Below, in pieces: positions 1 to 6,712 of a stretch of DNA of 11,115 nt; position 1 is the stretch's first letter, and each line of letters starts with the position of its first letter. A model generated the notes under the pieces. The model searched no databases and was not told the origin of the DNA. It saw nothing but the letters and a program-made list of their open reading frames with translations. The position numbers and the translations under genes are program-made. The stretch is from Candidatus Thorarchaeota archaeon (lineage in GTDB: Archaea; Asgardarchaeota; Thorarchaeia; Thorarchaeales; Thorarchaeaceae), in the NCBI GenBank assembly GCA_016840855.1, contig JAEORO010000007.1, positions 1 to 11,115 on the forward strand, read 5' to 3'.

Positions 1-1
1 C

Positions 2-88
2 ATCAATCTTAAACCTCCAGGGCAAGGATTGGACAGCCTCGTTTCAAATGGATTCGACTGGGTGTCTGAAAGAAATGTCAAATTGTGA
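2..88 (+). CDS. 3' end of an upstream gene, possibly GDP-mannose 4,6-dehydratase (partial)
   Basis: Frame 2 is open from the window edge (INLKPPGQGLDSLVSNGFDWVSERNVKL) to TGA at 86-88, 18 nt before the fcl ATG. gmd normally sits directly upstream of fcl. The assignment is mostly contextual because 28 aa is too short to be diagnostic. Confidence 0.4.
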   Translation: MNLKPPGQGLDSLVSNGFDWVSERNVKL

Positions 89-106
89 ATTCGGGTGTTA
101 AACTCT

Positions 107-1054
107 ATGAAACTTTCTGATTCAATCTACGTTGCAGGTCATACAGGCTTAGTTGGTTCTGCAATAGTTAGATTACTCCAGAAGCGCGGATTCAATAATA
201 TACTTACAAAAACACATGAAGAATTGGACCTCAAGGATCAAATGCAAGTACGCGAATTTTTCAAGGAGAATAGTCCTGATTTTGTCTTTCTAGCTGCAGC
301 TAAAGTTGGTGGGATTTTGGCGAACTGGAACAATCCTGCTGAGTTCATATATGATAACCTGATGATTTCAACAAATGTTATCCACCAGAGTTATGTTGTA
401 GGAGTCAAGAAGCTCCTGAATTTGGGCAGTTCATGTATCTATCCCAAATTTGCCAAGCAGCCAATGAATGAATCAAGCCTTCTTACAGGATTACTCGAGC
501 CTACAAATGAACCATATGCTATCGCTAAGATTGCGAGCATCAAATTATGCGATAGTTATCGTCGGCAATATGGTGCAGATTTCATATCTGCAATGCCAAC
601 AAATCTCTATGGTCCAAACGATAATTTTGATTTAGAAACATCACATGTCTTGGCCGCCCTCATCAGAAAAATACATGAGGCAAAGAAAAAGAGTGCCAAA
701 TTTGTTGAGATTTGGGGGACTGGAACACCTCGAAGAGAATTTCTCTATGCAGATGACCTTGCTGATGCTCTCCTCTTCCTAATGGAAAACTTCTCAGATG
801 CTGGTCCTATCAATGTTGGAGTTGGAGAAGATATCAGTATCCAGGAGCTTGCTGAGTTAATCTCCAAAATAGTTGGATTCGAGGGTAAATTAGAATTCGA
901 TAAGTCGAAACCAGATGGAACTCCTCAGAAGCTTCTTGACGTCACTCGGTTAACGGAATTAGGTTGGATTGCTAAGATCGCTCGAGAGGAAGGTGTTCGA
1001 TTGACGCACGAGTGGCACTTGTCCAATCAATTACAAAACAGGGCCTTGGATTAA
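107..1054 (+). CDS. fcl: GDP-L-fucose synthase (GDP-4-keto-6-deoxymannose 3,5-epimerase/4-reductase)
   Basis: Extended SDR motifs: GHTGLVG (Rossmann), AAKVGGI, LGSSCIYP (catalytic Ser/Cys), YAIAK (YxxxK), PTNLYGPNDNF, SHV (His), WGTGTPRREFL, KPDGTP. ATG at 107 is preferred over GTG at 95 because the family N-terminus starts there. Confidence 0.96.
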   Translation: MKLSDSIYVAGHTGLVGSAIVRLLQKRGFNNILTKTHEELDLKDQMQVREFFKENSPDFVFLAAAKVGGILANWNNPAEFIYDNLMISTNVIHQSYVVGVKKLLNLGSSCIYPKFAKQPMNESSLLTGLLEPTNEPYAIAKIASIKLCDSYRRQYGADFISAMPTNLYGPNDNFDLETSHVLAALIRKIHEAKKKSAKFVEIWGTGTPRREFLYADDLADALLFLMENFSDAGPINVGVGEDISIQELAELISKIVGFEGKLEFDKSKPDGTPQKLLDVTRLTELGWIAKIAREEGVRLTHEWHLSNQLQNRALD

Positions 1055-1077
1055 TTTCGCAACAGACGCCCGGTCAT

Positions 1078-2424
1078 TCAGACCTTTTGGACACCTTTTT
1101 TCCCAACGCACCTATACTCGAATCCTTTGTCCACTGCAGATTTAGTATCAAAGACATTCCGCCCATCAACAAGAGCAGGAGTCCGCATGACCTCCTTTAG
1201 TGCGTCGAAGTCCAATGAGAAATACTGCTGGTGCTTCGTGACCAGCGCAAGACAGTCTGCCCCTTTCGCTGCCTTCATGATGTCGGTTTCAATCTCATGT
1301 GGCCCAAACTCCCACTCCTTCACGAACGGGTCATGGAGCCGGACAGTAGCACCTCTACTCTGAAGCGCAGCTGCAAGAACCGCAGCTGGAGTGTTCCTCG
1401 TGTCATCAGAGTCTTCAAGGTAAGCCACGCCTAGAATGACCACCGTTGCATCTTGGATTGAAAGACCTCTAGATTGAAGCGCGTTCTCGACCAAGTCAGC
1501 CATATGAACTGGCATGTGATTGTTAATCCGTCTGGATAGCGCAATGATCTCAGGCTCAACCTTCCATGTACCGTACTCGTAGAGCCCAAACCTCAGTAGC
1601 CATGGGTCTTTTGGCAAGCAATGCCCACCAACACCAGCTCCAGGTATGTGCATGTGCCTGTCGTGTCTGGCATTGATTAGGTCGCGAATCTCATAGATAT
1701 CTACCCCGAGACTCTCGCAGACAAGCGCCATCTCATTAGCGAAGGCGATGTTCACATCTCGGTACGCGTTCTCAATGGTCTTCGACAGCTCTGCACTCAG
1801 TGTATTTGTGGTGTATATCTCGTGTTTCACGATGGTTGAGTACAACTCAACAGATCGCTTGGTTGCCTTTGTAGTGATCCCACCTACAACTCGTGGCATG
1901 TTCACAATGTACTCAATCAATCTACCAGGCATCACACGTTCGTAGGAGAACGCAAGGTCGAAGTCTTTGCCACCCTTCAAGTCTGACTCTTGTTCAATAA
2001 TTCTCTGAACGATGTTCTGAGTTGTGCCAGGAGCCACAGTAGACTCAACAATCACTAGAGCACCTTTCTTGATTCTCTGACCAATTTGTTTGCTCACTTC
2101 ACGAAGAGAGTCGTACCGAGGCATGTTCTGTGAATCAGTGGGTGTCTGAACATCGATGAGAATGATATCTGCATCTTTCAGGACTTCAATATCATCTGTC
2201 ACAGAGAATGTCTTCTTCTTCACAACCTTGGCTATCAGTTCATCCAGCCCGGGTTCTACTCCTTCAAAGGGTGACTTACCACTGTTCAGAACATCAATCT
2301 TCCATCCAGATCGCTTTGACCTTCTCTGGAGCCCTGTGACCGAATACCCATCGACATCTGCAAAGAGTGCAGCGACTGGAATACCAACGTATCCCATTCC
2401 GATGACAACAATCTTCGTGACCAT
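1078..2424 (-). CDS. Nucleotide-sugar 6-dehydrogenase, copy A (UDP-glucose/GDP-mannose dehydrogenase family, WecC/WbpA-like)
   Basis: GMGYVG Rossmann motif, ESTVAPGTT, ERVMPG, catalytic Lys215 (KTIEN..RDVNIAFANE), catalytic Cys269 (GVGGHCLPKD), DDTRNTP, HDP, DGRN. 448 aa. Confidence 0.93.
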   Translation of the reverse strand: MVTKIVVIGMGYVGIPVAALFADVDGYSVTGLQRRSKRSGWKIDVLNSGKSPFEGVEPGLDELIAKVVKKKTFSVTDDIEVLKDADIILIDVQTPTDSQNMPRYDSLREVSKQIGQRIKKGALVIVESTVAPGTTQNIVQRIIEQESDLKGGKDFDLAFSYERVMPGRLIEYIVNMPRVVGGITTKATKRSVELYSTIVKHEIYTTNTLSAELSKTIENAYRDVNIAFANEMALVCESLGVDIYEIRDLINARHDRHMHIPGAGVGGHCLPKDPWLLRFGLYEYGTWKVEPEIIALSRRINNHMPVHMADLVENALQSRGLSIQDATVVILGVAYLEDSDDTRNTPAAVLAAALQSRGATVRLHDPFVKEWEFGPHEIETDIMKAAKGADCLALVTKHQQYFSLDFDALKEVMRTPALVDGRNVFDTKSAVDKGFEYRCVGKKGVQKV

Positions 2425-2535
2425 TATTCTGACCTTCTCGGGCTAGATGCATAGGTTAGCTAGAGGGGCACGGTCAACTCAAGAAAAGGATTCCGATGGG
2501 AAAACCGATGTACGCCATCTGGGCCTTCAGTTCTC

Positions 2536-3963
2536 TCATTTAATCAGGTCTTTGACATGGAACACACCAACGACATTGGTCCGTCCCGGGATCATTTTCA
2601 CGCCTGAAGTGAAAACGATGTCCTTGTCCTTGCTAACCAATCCTTGGTCATATACCAGCTTTGTTGACTCTCTTACAATGTCATCCACACTATCGAGATG
2701 TTGGTCATGTCTGATAGGATACGCCCCCCATAGCAGTCTGAGTCTTCGAGAGACCCTCACATCCGGAGTGACTGCGAAGATATCCGTAGGAGGTCTGAAC
2801 TTGGATATCCATCTGGCTGTGTACCCTGTCCGAGTTGCTGTTATTATTCCACCAATCTTGTCAGGAATCAGTGTTACAGCATTATAAGTCATGTTCCCGA
2901 TAATCTCGACAATCATCTTCTGTGGTGAGGTTATCTCAAGCGGGTCTTCACGAGTGATAGTTTCTTCAGTACGTCTAACGATTCTCTCCATCATCTGCAC
3001 GGATTCCACGGGATACATTCCAACTGCAGTTTCGCCACTGAGCATGACAGCATCAGCTCGTTCCATTATAGCATGAGCCACGTCGCTCACTTCAGCCCTT
3101 GTAGGAATAAGCTCCTCAGTCATTGATTCTAACATGTGTGTTGCTACAATGACTGGTTTTGCTGAGATATTGGCTTTACGTATGAGGTCTCTCTGAAGAA
3201 TCGGAACTTCTTCGATTGGAACCTCAATCCCCAGGTCTCCTCGAGCAACCATTACGCCATCAGAGTCTCTTAGTATTTCATCAAAGTTCTTTATCGCTAG
3301 TGTATGTTCAATCTTGCTTATAATCCAAGCATCAGCTGGTCCGTTCGCTGTGATAATCTCTCTCAGCTTTTGTACTTCATCGCATCCTGTCACAAACGAA
3401 AGCGCGATGAGATCAGGTTCAAGTTCTGTTGCTAAATCTAAGTCACGCATGTCTTCTTCTGTCGGGACAGTACAGGAGAGTTTGATTCCGGGAACATTGA
3501 CCCCTTTTCTGCTTGAAATGGGTCCACCATGAGTCACTTCAGTGACCACATCAGTCTTCTTTATCGCCTTGACTCTCAACCTGACAATCCCGTCATTTAA
3601 TGCGATGATGTCACCAACTTTGACATCTTGGGGTAATTCCTTGTAAGAAACTGACACTCGACCCTCATTACCAACAAAGTCTTCTGCAGACAAAACAAAC
3701 TCATTTCCTGTGACTAGGTCAACACGACCTTCTAGTTCACCAATACGAATCTTAGGACCTTGAAGGTCAAACATAATGGGTAATGTGTCATCAATGGAAC
3801 GGAGCGTTTCAAAAGCTTCTCTAGCGTTCTTGTGGTCTTCATGAGACATGTTGAGTCTAGCTACATCCATGCCTGCCTCTACCATCTTCTCAAGCACTTT
3901 CTTTGATTTCGAGGCTGGACCAATAGTGCAGACTATTTTCGATTTGGTACCATGGAAGTCCAT
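2536..3963 (-). CDS. pyk: Pyruvate kinase (K+-independent signature)
   Basis: KIVCTIGPAS, ARLNMSH, DLQGPKIR, KGVNVPG, ISKIE, DGVMVARGDLGIE, MLESM, PTRAE, DAVMLSGETA. 475 aa. Confidence 0.97.
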   Translation of the reverse strand: MDFHGTKSKIVCTIGPASKSKKVLEKMVEAGMDVARLNMSHEDHKNAREAFETLRSIDDTLPIMFDLQGPKIRIGELEGRVDLVTGNEFVLSAEDFVGNEGRVSVSYKELPQDVKVGDIIALNDGIVRLRVKAIKKTDVVTEVTHGGPISSRKGVNVPGIKLSCTVPTEEDMRDLDLATELEPDLIALSFVTGCDEVQKLREIITANGPADAWIISKIEHTLAIKNFDEILRDSDGVMVARGDLGIEVPIEEVPILQRDLIRKANISAKPVIVATHMLESMTEELIPTRAEVSDVAHAIMERADAVMLSGETAVGMYPVESVQMMERIVRRTEETITREDPLEITSPQKMIVEIIGNMTYNAVTLIPDKIGGIITATRTGYTARWISKFRPPTDIFAVTPDVRVSRRLRLLWGAYPIRHDQHLDSVDDIVRESTKLVYDQGLVSKDKDIVFTSGVKMIPGRTNVVGVFHVKDLIK

Positions 3964-3968
3964 TCAGC

Positions 3969-3976
3969 TCACTCCC
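3969..3976 (-). promoter_or_regulatory. Putative Shine-Dalgarno site for pyk (GGGAGTGA)
   Basis: The minus strand reads GGGAGTGA-GCTGA-ATG, close to the archaeal consensus GGAGGTGA. Confidence 0.5.
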
Positions 3977-4000
3977 GTAATCTTCGCATGACATGCTACG

Positions 4001-4101
4001 TAATAGAACTTGTCCTAGTTGAACGTTGAGCATACGTTCACATGGATTAACATAAATCCTTGTTACTCACCATCAACAGAGAAGTAAGACAAGTTCGTTT
4101 A
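4001..4101. repeat. Long degenerate inverted repeat; probable bidirectional promoter region
   Basis: 4001-4020 matches the reverse complement of 4082-4101 at 16/20, with a perfect core GAACTTGTC (4006-4014) / GACAAGTTC (4088-4096). GTTGA (4025-4029) / TCAAC (4073-4077) lies on the same axis. A central ACATGGATT..AATCCTTGT (4040-4063) surrounds an AT-rich core. Confidence 0.65.
4020..4040. promoter_or_regulatory. Operator-like 7-7-7 palindrome TGAACGT-N7-ACGTTCA
   Basis: Perfect 7-bp arms with a 7-nt spacer in the divergent intergenic region. Function is inferred. Confidence 0.45.
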
Positions 4102-4106
4102 GGTGA
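4101..4106 (+). promoter_or_regulatory. Shine-Dalgarno site for eno (AGGTGA)
   Basis: AGGTGA lies 6 nt before TTG at 4113 and 9 nt before the alternative GTG at 4116. Confidence 0.65.
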
Positions 4107-4112
4107 GTAAAA

Positions 4113-5411
4113 TTGGTGAAGATAACAAAGGTAAGAGCTCTTGAAATTCTTGACTCACGAGGAAATCCTACTCTTATGACTAAGGTCACTCTGTCTGATG
4201 GGACCATTGGTGTTGCAAAGGTACCGAGCGGAGCTTCAACAGGCATTCATGAAGCCCTAGAGTTGAGAGATGGGGGCTCAAGGTATGGTGGAAAAGGCGT
4301 AGTTCAAGCTGTGAAGAATGTTAACACAGTGCTTGCAGATGTCATGAAATCTGCAGATCCTCTATCGCAGAAGACCGTTGACGAAATCCTTCTGAAAGCT
4401 GACCCAAGCAAAGGAAAGAGTGAGCTTGGAGCGAATGCGATACTCTCTGTTTCTATGGCAACAGCTGTAGCTGCAGCGTCACATCTAAAGATGGAGCTCT
4501 TTGAGCATCTACGGAAGAATGTGATAGGTAAGGCTGCAAAGTATCAATTACCTGTCCCGATGTCCAATGTCATCAATGGTGGTGCGCATGCAGGAAACGA
4601 GCTTGCTATTCAAGAATTCATGATACTTCCAGTTGGTGCAAAGACCTATCCAGAGGGTTTGAGATGTCTCAGCGAGGTCTACCACAATCTTGGAAAGAGA
4701 ATGATTAAGCATTATGGCCGCATGGCAAAACATGTTGGTGATGAGGGCGGGTATTGTGGTTATGGATTGAAGAGAACAACGGATGCGTTTGAGGAGATTG
4801 TTGGTGCAATTGAGGAAACGGGTTATACACCAAAGAAGGATGTTGTTCTTGGATTTGATGCTGCTGCTAGCGGGTTCTTCAAGGATGGAAAATACACCAT
4901 TGATGGAAAATCGCTTGATGCTTCCGAACTCCTTGAGTTTTACCTTGACCTTGAGAAGACATTTCCACTTCAGACTGTTGAAGACCCATTTGATGAAGAG
5001 GCGTTTTCCGATTTTGCGGCGTACCTAAAGAAGACCAAGATTCAGATTGTGACTGATGATCTCACTGTGTCAAACCCTGAGATTGTCCGAAAAGCAATCA
5101 AAGAGAAAGCTGGAAACGCGCTCCTGCTCAAGGTGAATCAGATTGGTTCTGTCACTGAAGCTATCGAGGCTGCCACTATCGCCAACAAGGCTGATTGGGG
5201 AGTTGTAGTCAGTCACAGGAGCGGTGAAACTGGGGACACTTTCATCTCTGATCTCTCTGTCGCCCTTGGTACGGGACAGCTCAAAACCGGAGGTCCTGCA
5301 AGAAGTGATCGTGTTGAGAAGTACAATCGCCTCTTGGAAATCTATGATGTTCTGGATGGCAAATGTGGATATCCCGGTTCTGAGTTTAGAACTGCTTGGA
5401 GGAACTATTGA
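4113..5411 (+). CDS. eno: Enolase (phosphopyruvate hydratase)
   Basis: [83 protein letters not shown]. TTG start with an SD site. Confidence 0.98.
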   Translation: [432 protein letters not shown]

Positions 5412-5414
5412 GAG

Positions 5415-6656
5415 ATGGCTGAGAAGCGAATTGCTGTCCTTGTAGTTATGGATGGTGTGGGTGACCGACCTCTACGGGCAATTGGAGGAAAAACACCTCT
5501 CCAAGCTGCTAAGACACCTACCTTTGACAGTTTGGCAGCTGAAGGACAGAATGCTCTCATGGATGTAATTGGTCCTGGTATCACCCCCGGTTCTGATACT
5601 GCACACCTTGCACTCTTTGGATACGACCCAATTGCAGAGTATCCTGGTCGAGGACCGCTCGAAGCATTTGGAGCTGGTCTTGAAACAAAACCGGGTGATG
5701 TCGCATTCAGGGCTAACTTTGCGACTGTTGACTCCAAAATGGTCGTCATTGACAGAAGGGCGGGGAGAGATTTCGCACCTGAAGAACAGGCTGAGTTGCA
5801 AGCAGCGCTAGATGGTATCGAGATTGATGATGTCAAGGTCAGATTCAAAGCAACTGTCGAGCACAGGGGAGCGCTTGTTCTTGAGGGAGAAGGTCTCTAT
5901 GCAGACATCAGTGATGCAGATCCCCATGAAACAGGAAAGAAGATACTAACAGTTCGCGCTCTGAAACCTGAAGCTGAAAAGACCGCTCGCATCGTGAACA
6001 AACTCATGCGTGTCGCGCATCAACGAATGAAAGGTCTTGAAACAAACAAGAACCGAGCGAAAAAAGGCATACCCGTGGCAAATGCGCTCCTTCTTAGAGG
6101 CCCCGGTCGACACAGCGATGTACCTCCATTACCAGCACGTTATGGAATCAAGGCTGCGGTGATTGCTGGTGGAGCACTGTATATTGGAACTGCAAAATAT
6201 GTTGGGATGGAGCACATTCCAGTAGAAGGCCAGACTGGAACAATCGACACGAACTTCGATAACATTGCAAAGAAGGCAATTGAAACAATAGAGGCTGGTT
6301 ACAACTATGTCTTTGTACATATCAAAGCTACAGACAATGCCAGCCATGATGGCAACATTGCAGAGAAAATTGTTGCAATCGAGAAGACCGATACCTTGGT
6401 TGGTAAGATTATTGATGCAGTTGGTGACAAAATAATCATTGCAGTCACAGGTGACCATACCTCTCCTATTTCAATCAAAGAACATACCTGCGATCCTGTG
6501 CCAATTGTGTTCTGGTCTGATTTTATTCGCCCTGATTCAGTGAAGCGGTTCTCTGAGCTTGATGCAGCTTTTGGCTCGCTTAATTCAATCAGAGGAATGG
6601 ATGTTATGCCGCTCCTCCTTGGTTATGCTGGGTATTTTGAGAAATTCGGATCATAG
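5415..6656 (+). CDS. apgM: 2,3-bisphosphoglycerate-independent phosphoglycerate mutase, archaeal ApgM type
   Basis: MDGVGDRP..GGKTPLQAAKTP, PGSDTAHLALFGYDP (phospho-Ser), GRGPLEAFG, FRANFAT, DRRAGR, HIKATDNASHDG, TGDHTSP, HTCDPVP. Starts 3 nt after the eno stop. Confidence 0.93.
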   Translation: MAEKRIAVLVVMDGVGDRPLRAIGGKTPLQAAKTPTFDSLAAEGQNALMDVIGPGITPGSDTAHLALFGYDPIAEYPGRGPLEAFGAGLETKPGDVAFRANFATVDSKMVVIDRRAGRDFAPEEQAELQAALDGIEIDDVKVRFKATVEHRGALVLEGEGLYADISDADPHETGKKILTVRALKPEAEKTARIVNKLMRVAHQRMKGLETNKNRAKKGIPVANALLLRGPGRHSDVPPLPARYGIKAAVIAGGALYIGTAKYVGMEHIPVEGQTGTIDTNFDNIAKKAIETIEAGYNYVFVHIKATDNASHDGNIAEKIVAIEKTDTLVGKIIDAVGDKIIIAVTGDHTSPISIKEHTCDPVPIVFWSDFIRPDSVKRFSELDAAFGSLNSIRGMDVMPLLLGYAGYFEKFGS

Positions 6657-6664
6657 TAAGACAA

Positions 6665-6712
6665 AGCAATATGGGAGGTACCTATCTTTTTAGACCCGCC
6701 TTCCCTATTGCT
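6665..6712. terminator. Possible stem-loop at the convergent apgM / dehydrogenase B junction
   Basis: AGCAATA-T-GGGA (6665-6676) pairs with TCCC-TATTGCT (6702-6712). The loop is long and the right arm lies inside the copy B CDS. Confidence 0.25.

Noticed and set aside
1012-1200. 62-aa ORF overlapping the fcl end, considered as a frameshifted fcl extension
   Set aside because: fcl is already full length, and this ORF runs antisense into dehydrogenase A.
2425-2535. Short repeats upstream of dehydrogenase A (CCGATG twice, CTAG dyads, and a GGGCACG 7-mer also present inverted upstream of copy B)
   Set aside because: Too short and inconsistently oriented to distinguish from chance. No convincing ncRNA fold or shared promoter.
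2447-2887. 146-aa plus-strand ORF
   Set aside because: Mostly antisense to pyk, has no recognisable motif, and its Ser/Thr/Leu-rich composition is typical of a shadow ORF.
5405-5848. 147-aa minus-strand ORF, and the other 60-110 aa ORFs nested in or antisense to the main genes
   Set aside because: They overlap well-supported conserved CDSs completely and show no family motifs.
5415-6656. ApgM-like protein as a phosphonate-pathway (BcpB-like) enzyme
   Set aside because: It is coupled to enolase and next to pyk, and no PEP mutase or other phosphonate genes are in the window, so phosphoglycerate mutase is the simpler call.
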